DNA of 64,000 bases from an uncultured Actinomycetota bacterium (GCA_963845815.1 CAWJTD010000001.1:845738-909737), one strand, 5' to 3'. Positions 39,712 through 49,878 are shown, numbered from the stretch's first letter. The notes: generated from the letters alone by a model not told the origin. Translations and numbers: made by a program.

Positions 39712-41253
39712 GTGACGACGCCTCGGATCGTCACGCGGGACGAGGAGGCGGCCGCGGCCCGGGATCGGGCCCGGCCTCGGCTGGCTCTCTGGGCGGTGGT
39801 GGGTGCCGCGCTGGTGCCGGTGGCGGCATTCGTCGTGCTGGCGGCCCAGCGGGTGGGGTACCCGTACGAGCTGCAGTGGTTCGAGGGAGGGACCGTGGAG
39901 GTGTCCGCCCGGGTTGCCGAAGGACTGCCTCTGTACGGGCCGCCCACGACCGAGTTCACGCCCTGGCCCTACCCGCCGCTCTACTTCTGGGTCACCGGGG
40001 AGCTCGCCAAGCTCTCCGGAGTCAACCTGTCCACCCTGCGCGCGGTGTCGCTGGCGGCCACGTTGGTGTCGCTGGTGCTGCTGGTGCTGATCGTCCGCTC
40101 AGTGACCCGCAGTCTGGTGGCGGGAGTCGTGGCGGCCGGGGTCTTCGCGGCGACCTACCGGGTCTCGGGCACCTGGTTCGACTCGGCTCGGATCGACTCG
40201 CTGTTCCTGGCGCTGGCCCTCGCCGCCCTTCTGGTCGGCCTGCGCGCACGAACCTGGCGCGGGGGACTCGCGGTCGGCGGACTCTTCCTGCTCGCCTTCC
40301 TCACCAAGCAGAACGCGCTGATCGTGGCTGCTCCCATCCTGGGATGGCTGCTGTGGCGCCGGCGCCCGGTCGGCCTGGCGGCGGCCGGGGGCCTGTCGGT
40401 CGGAGCCGTCGCCTCGCTCGTCCTCGGCGACGTGATGACCGGTGGGTGGTACTCCCGGTACGTGGCGACCCAGCTGCTGGGCCAGGGCGCGGCCCTGCAG
40501 TGGGTCATCGGCTTCTGGGTGGTGGACCTGCTGATCCCGTTCGCGCTCCTGCTCGGCGCGTGGGCGTGGTGGCAGCTGCGGCAGCGCAGACGGGGGCAAC
40601 CACTCGGCCCTCTGGCTGCGGCCGAGCGCGGCTACCTGTTCGCAGGGATGTCGGGCCTGGCGTTGGCCAGCTGGGCCGGACGGCTGCACGACGGCGGGTA
40701 CGCCAACAACGCCATTCCGGCACACGCCGGCATGGCATTGCTCCTCGGACTGGCTGCCGCGCGGGTGCTCGACTCCGCTCCGACCACCCGCCTGCTGTGC
40801 GGCGGGGCGGCAGTACTCCTCGTCCAGGCCGTGGGACTGTCGGTGGGGCACGGCTCGGCCCTGCCGACCCCGACCGACCGGCTCGCCGGCGACCGGTTCA
40901 TCGCGCAGGTCGAGAACCTGCCCGGGCGGACGGTCATCGCCAGCCATCCCTACTACCTACGCCTGGCCGGCCGGGCGACCCACGCGTCCGCGATCGCCGT
41001 GGACGACCTGCTGGACACCCGGCCGGGGCCGGCCCGGGACGCGATGACCGAACAGCTGCCGTGGTCGCTGACCGGCGTGGACTCGGTCATCCTCGACCAC
41101 GTCAACGAGGCGGCCCTGTTCGGCGACGTACTGGCCCGCGACTTCACCCTGGTCTCGGACCGGGTCGTTCCCGGCTCCGACTTCGTCCCGGTCAGCGACG
41201 TGGCCACCAAGCCGGCGCTGCTCTACGTCCGCACCTCGGTGCTGCCCCGATGA
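39712..41253 (+). CDS. GT-C (ArnT/PMT-like) membrane glycosyltransferase
   Basis: Multi-TM; YPYELQWFEG, YPPLYFW, ARIDSLFL, TKQN. Confidence 0.75.
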   Translation: MTTPRIVTRDEEAAAARDRARPRLALWAVVGAALVPVAAFVVLAAQRVGYPYELQWFEGGTVEVSARVAEGLPLYGPPTTEFTPWPYPPLYFWVTGELAKLSGVNLSTLRAVSLAATLVSLVLLVLIVRSVTRSLVAGVVAAGVFAATYRVSGTWFDSARIDSLFLALALAALLVGLRARTWRGGLAVGGLFLLAFLTKQNALIVAAPILGWLLWRRRPVGLAAAGGLSVGAVASLVLGDVMTGGWYSRYVATQLLGQGAALQWVIGFWVVDLLIPFALLLGAWAWWQLRQRRRGQPLGPLAAAERGYLFAGMSGLALASWAGRLHDGGYANNAIPAHAGMALLLGLAAARVLDSAPTTRLLCGGAAVLLVQAVGLSVGHGSALPTPTDRLAGDRFIAQVENLPGRTVIASHPYYLRLAGRATHASAIAVDDLLDTRPGPARDAMTEQLPWSLTGVDSVILDHVNEAALFGDVLARDFTLVSDRVVPGSDFVPVSDVATKPALLYVRTSVLPR

Positions 41254-41918
41254 ACGACGAGCCGGCCCTGGTCGAGGTCGTCCTCCCGGTGCTCGACGAG
41301 GCGGGGGCGCTGCCCTGGGTGTTGAGCCGTTTCCCGGAGGGCTACCGGGCGGTCGTCGTCGACAACGGGTCCACGGACGGATCAGCGGACGTGGCCCGCC
41401 GCCATGGCGCCCGGGTCGTCGACGAACCCCGCCGAGGCTTCGGCTGGGCCTGCTACACCGGGCTGCTGGCGTGCACGTCCTCCGTCGTGGCCTTCATGGA
41501 CGCCGATGCCAGCCTCGATCCCGGGGAGCTGGGCCGGGTCTGCGATCCTCTCCTGGCCGGTGACGCCGACCTCGTCCTGGGCGCGCGTTCGGCCCAGGCC
41601 GGCTCCTGGCCGTGGCACTCCCGGCTGGCCAACCGCTACCTGGCCGGTCAGGTCGCTCGACGGACGGGCGTCTCGGTCACCGACCTCGGGCCGATGCGCG
41701 CCGTGAACCGGGTGGCGTTGCTCGAGCTCGGGATGACGGACCGGGCCTTCGGGTGGCCGCTCGAGATGGTCCTGCTCGCCGCACAGGCCGGATGGAGGGT
41801 CGCCGAGGCGCCGGTCAGCTACCGGAGCCGGATCGGCCGGTCGAAGGTCACCGGCACGGTCCGCGGCACGGTCCGGGCCGGTCGCGACATGTCCCGGCTG
41901 CTGTCGGAGCACCGGTGA
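41250..41918 (+). CDS. GT2 glycosyltransferase
   Basis: VLPVLDEA, VDNGSTDGS, FMDADAS, LGPMRA, GWPLEM, RIGRSKVTGT. Confidence 0.9.
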   Translation: MNDEPALVEVVLPVLDEAGALPWVLSRFPEGYRAVVVDNGSTDGSADVARRHGARVVDEPRRGFGWACYTGLLACTSSVVAFMDADASLDPGELGRVCDPLLAGDADLVLGARSAQAGSWPWHSRLANRYLAGQVARRTGVSVTDLGPMRAVNRVALLELGMTDRAFGWPLEMVLLAAQAGWRVAEAPVSYRSRIGRSKVTGTVRGTVRAGRDMSRLLSEHR

Positions 41919-42565
41919 AGATCCTCCTCGTCGCCAAGGCGCCGATCGCCGGCCGGGTCAAGACCCGGCTCTGCCCGCCGCTCACCCCGGAGCAGGCAGC
42001 CATCGTCGCCGCCGCCGCGCTGCGGGACACCCTGGGCGCGGTGCTGGCCAGCCGGGCGACGGAGGTGGTGCTCGCGTTCGACGGTGACCCGGAGCCGTGG
42101 ATCCCGGCCGGTCTGCGGGTGCACGCCCAGCGCGGGGCGTCGTTCGCGCAGCGCCTGACCAACGCCTGGGACGACTGCGGAGGACCGACGCTCCAGATCG
42201 GCATGGACACCCCGCAGGTGAGCACGGAGCTGCTCGATGACGCGATGCGGACGCTGGCGGCCGCGCCGGGGCGGGCGGTCCTGGGCCTGGCGGAGGACGG
42301 AGGATGGTGGGGACTCGGCATGCACGCCCCGCATCCGGAGGCGTTCCAGGGGATCGTGATGAGCACTCCGGACACCGGTCAGGCGCAGCGCTGCCGGCTC
42401 CAGGAGCTCGGCGGCCCGCCGGTGCTGCTGCCGACCCTGCGCGACGTGGACACCTGGCAGGATGCGCTCGCGGTGAGCGAGCTCTCGCCCGGCAGCGCGT
42501 TCGCCGCGGCGGTCGCGGACTGCCGGAGCGGACCGCTCGCGGAGCCGCTCACTGAGCGCCGCTGA
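41915..42565 (+). CDS. DUF2064 / TIGR04282-type nucleotidyltransferase-fold protein
   Basis: VAKAPIAGRVKTRL, QIGMDTPQ, GLAEDGGWW, LRDVDT. Confidence 0.88.
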   Translation: MKILLVAKAPIAGRVKTRLCPPLTPEQAAIVAAAALRDTLGAVLASRATEVVLAFDGDPEPWIPAGLRVHAQRGASFAQRLTNAWDDCGGPTLQIGMDTPQVSTELLDDAMRTLAAAPGRAVLGLAEDGGWWGLGMHAPHPEAFQGIVMSTPDTGQAQRCRLQELGGPPVLLPTLRDVDTWQDALAVSELSPGSAFAAAVADCRSGPLAEPLTERR

Positions 42566-43727
42566 CGCCCTGCTCGAGCTCGGCGCGATGGGTCCTCAGC
42601 TCACGGGCCCCGTTCACCCCGACCGCCGCGCACAGCCGTCCGGCCCGGTAGTACCGAACGACGAACTTCTCCTCGGCGTAGGACCCCCACACCAGCTCGC
42701 ACGCGTCGTGGCCCGCGAGGTGGCCGAACGACTGCAGGCGCAGGTCGAACTGGTCGGACCAGAAGTAGGGCGCCGCCGAGAGGGGAGCCTCGTCGGGCCG
42801 GCCCAGGATCAGCTTCGCCACCGCGCTGCCCTGCTCCCGGGCGAGGGTCCAGTGCTGGCCCCGCATTCCGGCTCGCCCGTGCGGGCCGGCCCAGCAGGCG
42901 ACGTCGCCGGCGGCATACACCCCGCTGACCGAGCTGCGCCCGCTCCGGTCGCACTGGACGCCGTCCCCCAGAGCCAGCCCGGACCCGGCGAGCCACTCGA
43001 TGTTGGGAGCCGTGCCCAGGCCGACGAGGACGACGTCGGCTGCCATCCGCCGGTCGTCCGCCAGCTCGACACAGACGCCGGCGTCCTCCTCATGGACCGC
43101 CCGGACCGCGACCCCGGCCTCGATCCGCACCCCGCGGCGGCGGTGGGCCTCGCCCAGGGCGTGCCCGACCTGCTCGCCGAGCACTCCGAAGAACGGCGAC
43201 GGCGCCGCCTCGACGATCGTGACCTCGACGCCGTGCTGGCTGGCCATCGCGGCGACCTCCGCGCCGACGAAGCCGCCGCCGACGACGAGCAGTCGCGCTC
43301 CGGGGACCAGCAGCCGGCGCATCGCGGACGCATCATCGACCCCGCGAAGGGTGAGCACCCGCTCGGAATGGACGCCCGGGAGGCTCCGGGCGCGTGCCCC
43401 GGTGGCGATGACCACGTGCTGCGCGGTGATGGTCCGACCGGACTCCAGGGACACCGTCCTCGCGGCTGGGTCGAGCGCTCTGGCTCCGTCGCCCAGGGCG
43501 AGCTCGACGTCCAGCACCTCATAGTGCGAGGCGGGACGCAGCTGCGCCTGGGTCGGCTCCCACCCGTCGGCGAGTGACTTCTTCGACAGCGGTGGCTTGT
43601 CGTACGGCAGGTGCCGCTGCGCGTCGACGAGCAGGATCGACCCGGTGAAACCACCCCGGCGCAGCTCCTCTGCCGCGGAGAGCCCGGCAATAGATGCCCC
43701 GACCACGGTCACGCCGTAGCTGTCCAT
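42549..43727 (-). CDS. Ferredoxin reductase (NAD(P)/FAD oxidoreductase)
   Basis: VGASIAG, PYDKPPLSK, GGGFVGAE, AAGDVA, PYFWSDQF. Confidence 0.92.
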   Translation of the reverse strand: MDSYGVTVVGASIAGLSAAEELRRGGFTGSILLVDAQRHLPYDKPPLSKKSLADGWEPTQAQLRPASHYEVLDVELALGDGARALDPAARTVSLESGRTITAQHVVIATGARARSLPGVHSERVLTLRGVDDASAMRRLLVPGARLLVVGGGFVGAEVAAMASQHGVEVTIVEAAPSPFFGVLGEQVGHALGEAHRRRGVRIEAGVAVRAVHEEDAGVCVELADDRRMAADVVLVGLGTAPNIEWLAGSGLALGDGVQCDRSGRSSVSGVYAAGDVACWAGPHGRAGMRGQHWTLAREQGSAVAKLILGRPDEAPLSAAPYFWSDQFDLRLQSFGHLAGHDACELVWGSYAEEKFVVRYYRAGRLCAAVGVNGARELRTHRAELEQGVSGAQ

Positions 43728-43756
43728 CGACGCTCCTGGTGGTGTCCGGCGTAGGG

Positions 43757-43981
43757 TCAGGCGCGAGCTGGGGTCTCGGCGTCGGAGACCGCCGTCGTGA
43801 TGGCCCAGGTCGGGCACAACCCGGCTGCCGTCTGCGCGTCGATGGCGAGCTGTCCGGTGAGGTCGTCCTGCCGCAGGAGCACGACGATGCCGTCGTCGTC
43901 CTGGTCGAAGACCCCGGGGGCGCTGCGAACGCAGTTGCCGGACCCGCAGCACTTGTCGTAGTCGACGGTGATCTGGATCAT
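43757..43981 (-). CDS. Ferredoxin (3Fe-4S type, P450 partner)
   Basis: VDYDKCCGSGNCVRSAPGVFDQ...CPTWAI. Confidence 0.92.
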   Translation of the reverse strand: MIQITVDYDKCCGSGNCVRSAPGVFDQDDDGIVVLLRQDDLTGQLAIDAQTAAGLCPTWAITTAVSDAETPARA

Positions 43982-44000
43982 CAGGCTCCTCCTCGAGGGC

Positions 44001-45254
44001 TCACCAGGTGAGCGGTAGGGCATGCAGCCCGTAGTTGGTGGTGTCCTTGCGGAAGGGCAGGTCGACGACGTCGGCGGTCAGGGCCAGGCTGGGGAACCTC
44101 CGGAAGATCTCCGACAGCCCGATCTGCATCTCCATCCGGGCCAGCGACTGTCCCATGCACTGGTGCGGGCCGAAGCCGAAGGCCAGGTGGCTGTTGACGT
44201 TCTCCCGGCCGACGTCGATCGAGCCCGCGTCGGCGAACTGCGAGTCGTCGTGGTTCGCGGCCCAGATCGAGACCATCACGCCTTCGCCCTGGTGGATCAG
44301 CTGCCCGCCGACCTCGACGTCCTCCAGGGCCAGCCGTCGCGGTCCTCCCCGGACGATGGAGTGATAGCGCAGCAGCTCCTCGGCGGCCGGTTCCCACAGT
44401 GCCGGGTCCGCGCTCAGCCGGTCCAGCTGGTCCGGGCTCTGCAGCAGCATGAGGATGCTCAGGGCGAGTGCACCGGCGGTGGTGTCATGTCCGGCGGAGA
44501 CGAGCAGCGTTGCGTACGAAGCGACTTCGTCCCGGGTGAGCTCTCCCTCGACCTGTTTCTGGACGAGGCGGGAGAGGATGTCGTCCTGCGGCTCCTTCTC
44601 CTTGCGCGCGGCCAGGGCAAGCATGTAGGAGCCCAGGTCGTCCAGCGCCGCGGTGACCTCGGCGGTGCTCGCGTGCCGGCTGGTCAGCCGCTGGGTGGCG
44701 TCCTGGAAGACCTCATGGTCGCTCTGCGGTATCCCCAGGAGCAGGCTGATCACGGTGGACGGGACCGACATGGCGAAGTCCCGGACGAAGTCCGCGGGCG
44801 GTCCCTGTCGCTCAATGGCGTCGAGGTGCTCGGTGATGATCCGTCGGACGTCGGGCTCGTGCAGCTGGACGTTCCTCGGCATGAAGTCCCGGGTGGTCAG
44901 CCTGCGCAGGCGCATGTGCTCCGGTTCGTCCATCCGGATGATCGAACGGGCGAAGGCCGCGGTGTCCCGGCCGGGCAGGCCGTAGACCGGGAAGCCGGGC
45001 TTGGTGGTGACCGAGCTGAACCTCGGGTCGCCGAGTACCGCCTTGACGTCGTCGTACCGGGTCAGCAGCCAGATCGGAGTCCCGTCGCCGAGAGCGACTC
45101 GGCTCACCGGGGTCAGGTCACGCAGCGCCGAGAACTCGGCCGGAGGCGCCATGGGGCAGGCCGCGGGAGGCTCGCTGGGCATCGGCGGGTGCGGCACCGG
45201 GCAGCCGGCCACTGTGGCGGCCGGGCCCACCGCGACGCGCTCTGGAGGAGTCAT
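44001..45254 (-). CDS. Cytochrome P450 (CYP105-like)
   Basis: MDEPEHMRLR, AGHDTT, EELLRY, FGFGPHQCMG. Confidence 0.95.
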   Translation of the reverse strand: MTPPERVAVGPAATVAGCPVPHPPMPSEPPAACPMAPPAEFSALRDLTPVSRVALGDGTPIWLLTRYDDVKAVLGDPRFSSVTTKPGFPVYGLPGRDTAAFARSIIRMDEPEHMRLRRLTTRDFMPRNVQLHEPDVRRIITEHLDAIERQGPPADFVRDFAMSVPSTVISLLLGIPQSDHEVFQDATQRLTSRHASTAEVTAALDDLGSYMLALAARKEKEPQDDILSRLVQKQVEGELTRDEVASYATLLVSAGHDTTAGALALSILMLLQSPDQLDRLSADPALWEPAAEELLRYHSIVRGGPRRLALEDVEVGGQLIHQGEGVMVSIWAANHDDSQFADAGSIDVGRENVNSHLAFGFGPHQCMGQSLARMEMQIGLSEIFRRFPSLALTADVVDLPFRKDTTNYGLHALPLTW

Positions 45255-45351
45255 ACTGATGTATTAGATCAGCGTGGATGGTGCAGATCCATGCGTGGGT
45301 CCGTAGGCTACTTGTCATGAACCGGTGTTCGCAGTCGTCGGTAGCCCGGCC

Positions 45352-46197
45352 ATGAGGCCGGCGCCGGATCCGCTCGCCGAGTCGACGTGGCTGGCGGCGC
45401 TGTCCCAGCCGGACAGCCGGCTGGACTTCGCCCTGTTCGGGTACGACACCGTGGTCCCGGACTGGGGGTTTCGCCAGCGGGTGCTGCCGGACCACCTGAT
45501 CTACCTGGTGGTCGACGGGTCCTGCACCGGGGACATCGACGGCGCACCCTTCGCGCTGTCGGCCGGCTCCCTCCTGTGGATGCAGCCCGGCGTGCGGCAT
45601 ACCTTCGAGGTGGGTCCGGGGCCCCGTCCGCCGACCCTGTACTTCGCCCGGTTCCGGCTCAGCGTGGCGGGGCGCGAGCTCGCCCTGGCGGACCGCCCCT
45701 TCCAGCACTGGGAGGCGGCCTGGGAGCTGCGCGAGCTGATGGACCAGCTCGTCGACGAGCTCGGCACCCAGCTGGCGCACCGGGAGCCACGGTTGCGGGG
45801 GCTGCTGCTTGCCATCTGCGCCGCAACCCTGCGGCACCGGGAGCCGCAGGCGGCCAAGACCGGGGCCGGCACGCTGAGCCGGGCCCAGCGGCAGGCCATC
45901 GAGAGCTACGTGCGACAGCACCTGTCCGCCCGGCTCACGCCGCGCGACCTCGCCGAGCACGTCCAGCTGTCCCATGACTACTTCTCCCGCCGCTTCGCCG
46001 TGACGTTCGGGATGCCGCCGCGGACGTGGCTGGTGCACACCCGCCTGCGGGGTGCGGCACGACGGCTGACCGACAGCATGCAGTCGATCTCCCAGATCGC
46101 CGCGGCGCTGGGCTATGAGGACGTCAGCGCCTTCAGCCACCAGTTCAGGCAGCGCTACGGACTCAGTCCGCGGGCCTATCGGCAGCAGCAGCGCTGA
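45352..46197 (+). CDS. AraC family transcriptional regulator
   Basis: N-terminal cupin; C-terminal double HTH (LSHDYFSRRF...IAAALGYEDVSAFSHQF). Confidence 0.9.
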   Translation: MRPAPDPLAESTWLAALSQPDSRLDFALFGYDTVVPDWGFRQRVLPDHLIYLVVDGSCTGDIDGAPFALSAGSLLWMQPGVRHTFEVGPGPRPPTLYFARFRLSVAGRELALADRPFQHWEAAWELRELMDQLVDELGTQLAHREPRLRGLLLAICAATLRHREPQAAKTGAGTLSRAQRQAIESYVRQHLSARLTPRDLAEHVQLSHDYFSRRFAVTFGMPPRTWLVHTRLRGAARRLTDSMQSISQIAAALGYEDVSAFSHQFRQRYGLSPRAYRQQQR

Positions 46198-46963
46198 GCC
46201 CGATCGAGGCGGTCCAGCCGCCGTCCGCGGTGACGCACGAGCCGGTGACGAAGCTCGCCGCGGGCGAGAGCAGGAAGAGCACCGGACCGACCATCTCCTG
46301 TGGTTCGGCTCGGCGGCCCATCGGGGTGCGGGCCTCGATCTCGGCCACCTCGAGGGCGCCGACGCCGATGGCCCGGTCCGTCATCGGGGTGCGAACGAAC
46401 CCGGGGCAGACCGCGTTGACCCGCACGCCGCGCGAAGCCCACTCGATGGCGAGCGTCCGGACCAGGCCGATCAGCCCGTGCTTGGAGGCCGAGTAGGCCA
46501 CCCGGTGGGCGAAGCCTGCGGTGCTGGTCAGGGAGCCCAGGTGCACGATGCTCCCGCTCCCGGCATCGAGCATGGCGCCGCCGACCTCCCGGGAGAGCCG
46601 GAAGGCACCGATGAGGTTGACGTCGAGCACCCGGGCGAACTCGTCGTCGCCGACCAGCTCGGCCGGGCCGATCCCGCTGACGCCGGACGCGTTGACCAGC
46701 CCGTCGAGCTTGCCGTGCCGGTCCAGGACGGAGCCGACCGCCCGCTGGAGCGAGACGGCGTCGGTGACGTCGAGGACCTGGGTGGCGATCTCGACCTCGG
46801 CCAGGTCGCTTCGGGCCAGCTCGCAGGTGCGGGCGAGCTCCTCCTGCCGGCGACCCGCGACGGTCACCCGGGCGCCCTCACCGGCCAGGGCCAGGGCAAC
46901 GGCTCGACCGATGCCCGAGCCGCCGCCGACGACCAGGACGTCCCGGTCGACGGACCCACTCAT
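46163..46963 (-). CDS. SDR family oxidoreductase
   Basis: GGGSGIG, LVNASG, YSASK, VNAVCPG. Confidence 0.92.
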   Translation of the reverse strand: MSGSVDRDVLVVGGGSGIGRAVALALAGEGARVTVAGRRQEELARTCELARSDLAEVEIATQVLDVTDAVSLQRAVGSVLDRHGKLDGLVNASGVSGIGPAELVGDDEFARVLDVNLIGAFRLSREVGGAMLDAGSGSIVHLGSLTSTAGFAHRVAYSASKHGLIGLVRTLAIEWASRGVRVNAVCPGFVRTPMTDRAIGVGALEVAEIEARTPMGRRAEPQEMVGPVLFLLSPAASFVTGSCVTADGGWTASIGLSAAAADRPAD

Positions 46964-47024
46964 GAGCCTCTCCTCATTGTCGTGGGTCCGTCGACCGGGG
47001 GCCTGGTGCGCCGTGGTCCGGCTG

Positions 47025-48104
47025 CTACTTCTTGCCGTCCCGGTACTTCTTGGCGCTCTGCAGGACACTCAGGCCCTTGTCGACCAGCGTGCCCACGTCG
47101 GGCTTGGTCTTGTAGACGCCCACCTCGACGAAGAAGTCGGACAGGTCGGTCAGGGTCTTCTTCGTGGTGCCGTCGGACATGTCACTGATGGCTTTGTCGA
47201 GGGTGACCCAGGTGCGGGACTTCAGGGTGTACTCCGCGCGGGCCTCGTTGGTGTCCAGACCGACGGACTTGTCGAACTCGACCATGTACTTGATCGCCTC
47301 GGCCGGGTGGTCGTTGACGTACTCGTTGGCCTTGTAGACCGCGCTGACGAAGCGGGCCGCAGCCTCGGGGTTGTCCTTGACGAACTTCGGCGTGACCATG
47401 TAGCTGCTGATGAAGGAGGCCTTGGCCATCGTCCCGTCACAGACCTTGGTGTACTGCGCGGTGTCCTGCACGAGGTCGTAGTCCGCAGCTGCGGCTGAGG
47501 TTCCGGCCGCGATCTGCTTGGCAGCGAGGGCCTGCCGGACCTGGGGCGGGTCGAGCGGGACGATCTGCAGCTCCTGCGGCTTGACGCCGAAGTGCTTGGC
47601 GCAGGCGAAGAGGAGGTTCTGGAAGGTGCTGTTGGCTCCGGTTCCCACCTTCTGCGTCCGCAGGACCTCCGCCGGCGTCGAGCCCTTGAGGGCGTCGTTG
47701 CGCATGAGCAGCTTGAGGTTGTTCTCCTCCTTGATGTGCGGGAAGGAGATCAGGCCCCACTTGTCGAACCCGCTCAGTGCCGGTGGCGCGCCGATCCAGC
47801 CGGCCTGCCAGTCCCCGGCGATACCGGCCGGGAGGGCGGCTGCCCCGCTGGCGGCATACTGGATGGTCACCTCGAGGTTGTTCTCCTTGAAGTAGCCGAG
47901 CTTGTTCGCCAGCCACAGCGGCATGGCGGTGTCGTCGGTCAGGCTGGACGCGGTGATCTTCGTGACCTCGGCCGGAGCTGCGGCGCCCCCGGTGGAGGTG
48001 CCGGCGCTGGTGGTGCCGCCACATGCGGTCAACGCGACGAGTCCTGCGACGCCAACGGTGGCGATACCCATACGGCGGCGCCAGCGGTCCTGGTTCATCC
48101 TCAT
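47025..48104 (-). CDS. ABC transporter substrate-binding lipoprotein (SsuA/THI5-like)
   Basis: Lipobox LTAC; SsuA/TauA-like fold; part of the operon with the ATPase and permeases. Confidence 0.85.
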   Translation of the reverse strand: MRMNQDRWRRRMGIATVGVAGLVALTACGGTTSAGTSTGGAAAPAEVTKITASSLTDDTAMPLWLANKLGYFKENNLEVTIQYAASGAAALPAGIAGDWQAGWIGAPPALSGFDKWGLISFPHIKEENNLKLLMRNDALKGSTPAEVLRTQKVGTGANSTFQNLLFACAKHFGVKPQELQIVPLDPPQVRQALAAKQIAAGTSAAAADYDLVQDTAQYTKVCDGTMAKASFISSYMVTPKFVKDNPEAAARFVSAVYKANEYVNDHPAEAIKYMVEFDKSVGLDTNEARAEYTLKSRTWVTLDKAISDMSDGTTKKTLTDLSDFFVEVGVYKTKPDVGTLVDKGLSVLQSAKKYRDGKK

Positions 48105-48189
48105 AGCAAGTCCCTTGTCTCTTGGTGGGGTGCTGCAGTGGTGGTGCGGTGGTGGTGCGGCGGTGCGGGTACTGCGTGAGGGCGACCGG

Positions 48190-49029
48190 TCAGGCCGGCG
48201 TGATCTCCTCTCGGACGAGCTGCCAGATCTGCTGGCGGGCGTCGTTGAAGTCGGTGAAGCCCATGGCGTCCTCGATGTTGTGGGCGCGCCACTCGGCATC
48301 GCGGGGGATGGAGATCTCGGTCTTGATCCGGCCGGGCCGCTTCGTCATCACGACGACCCGGTCGGCCAGGTAGACCGCCTCCTCCACGCTGTGGGTGATG
48401 AACAGGACGGTGTAGTTGTTGACCCGGCGCAGCCGGGAGACCTCTTCCTGGAGCAGGGCTCGGGTCTGCGCGTCGAGGGCGCCGAACGGTTCGTCCATCA
48501 GCAGAATCTCGGGCCGGACCACCAGGGCGCGAGCGATGGCCACCCGCTGCTTCATCCCGCCGGACAGCTCGTGCGGGTAGGCCGAGCGGAACTGCTGCAG
48601 CCCCATCAGCTCGAGCTGCTCGTCCAGCCGCTCCTCACGTTCCTCACGGCCGACCTTCGCCACCCGCAGGCCGAACTCGATGTTCTGGGCGACGGTCTGG
48701 GAGGGGAAGAGCGCGAACGCCTGGAACACGACGCTGCGCCGCGGGCCAGGCGGACCCGCCGGCTTGCCGTCGACCAGGACGTCGCCGGTGCTCGGCTCGT
48801 CCAGGCCCGCGGCGATGGTCATCAGGGTGGACTTGCCGCAGCCCGACGGCCCGACGATGGTGACGAACTCCCCGGTGGCCACGCTGAGGTCGCAGGCGTC
48901 GAGGGCCTGGATGTCACCGCCGCGGGTCCGGAACGTCTTCGAGACCCCGCGGACCTCCATCTTCGGGGTGGCGCTCGGCACGAGGGACTCCTTGATCGTC
49001 GAGGTGGACGGCGTCGGCTGGCTCATCAC
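48190..49029 (-). CDS. ABC transporter ATP-binding protein (NitT/TauT)
   Basis: GPSGCGKS, LSGGMKQR, LLMDEPFGALD. Confidence 0.95.
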   Translation of the reverse strand: MMSQPTPSTSTIKESLVPSATPKMEVRGVSKTFRTRGGDIQALDACDLSVATGEFVTIVGPSGCGKSTLMTIAAGLDEPSTGDVLVDGKPAGPPGPRRSVVFQAFALFPSQTVAQNIEFGLRVAKVGREEREERLDEQLELMGLQQFRSAYPHELSGGMKQRVAIARALVVRPEILLMDEPFGALDAQTRALLQEEVSRLRRVNNYTVLFITHSVEEAVYLADRVVVMTKRPGRIKTEISIPRDAEWRAHNIEDAMGFTDFNDARQQIWQLVREEITPA

Positions 49030-49877
49030 ATGCGCCCCTCACTGATCGGGCGCCACGGCATCAGGAAGGCCTGAGTGCGTTGCATCCCGAAGTCGAACAG
49101 CATCCCGACGATGCCGATGGAGATCATCCCGACGATGATGGTCGCGGGAGAGTTGTTGACCTGGCCCTGTGCGATGAGGAAGCCGAGGCCCTGCTTGCCG
49201 ACCACGAGCTCCGCGCCCACCAGGGCCATCCAGCCGTTGCTCGTCGCGGTGCGGATGCCGGTGAAGATCATCGGCATCGCGTCCGGGATCACCACGGTGA
49301 CCAGGGTGCGGATCTGGCCGGCTCCGAGGGTGCGCGCCGCCCGCTCGAGGATCGGCTCGGCCAGCGCGATGCCGAGCTGGGCGTTGATCACGCAGACCGG
49401 GAACGCGGCGACGAACACGATCGTCGCCTGGGCCTGGAGCGAGGCGCCCATCCACAGCACGGCGATGGGGATCCAGGCGAACGGCGGGATGTAGCGCAGC
49501 AGCTCGAACAGCGGGGTGACGGCGGCGCGCAGTACCGGTACCCAGGCGAGCAGGATCCCGAGCGGTACGCCGATGAGCACGGCGAACAGGACTCCGAGGC
49601 CCCAGCGTTGCAGCGACATGAGGGTGTGGCCGGCCAGTGTCGTGCCGCTGTAGGGCTCGGACAGCAGGCTGCCGAACCGGGCCACCACCTCGAAGGGTGA
49701 CGGGAGGAAGGTCGGCCCGACCAGGTGGGCCACGTCGGTGATGAGGATCCACGCCCCGAGCAGCAGGCCGATGCCGGCTGCGCCGTAGAGCAACGGCGCC
49801 CGGCGACGCGTCGGCGCCCCGGCCGGAGTGACGTCCGACGGCGTCGTCGTCGGACGCGGCAGCTGGGCGGTGGACAC
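49026..49877 (-). CDS. ABC transporter permease (NitT/TauT)
   Basis: LRYIPPFAWIP, EAA-like loop ERAARTLGA, ALVGAEL. Confidence 0.92.
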   Translation of the reverse strand: MSTAQLPRPTTTPSDVTPAGAPTRRRAPLLYGAAGIGLLLGAWILITDVAHLVGPTFLPSPFEVVARFGSLLSEPYSGTTLAGHTLMSLQRWGLGVLFAVLIGVPLGILLAWVPVLRAAVTPLFELLRYIPPFAWIPIAVLWMGASLQAQATIVFVAAFPVCVINAQLGIALAEPILERAARTLGAGQIRTLVTVVIPDAMPMIFTGIRTATSNGWMALVGAELVVGKQGLGFLIAQGQVNNSPATIIVGMISIGIVGMLFDFGMQRTQAFLMPWRPISEGRM

Positions 49878-49878
49878 G

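Noticed and set aside
48124-48176. Short GGTGGTGC-type tandem repeats between the ABC ATPase and SBP genes
   Set aside because: Low-complexity intergenic linker of about 50 bp with no spacer structure; likely trivial.
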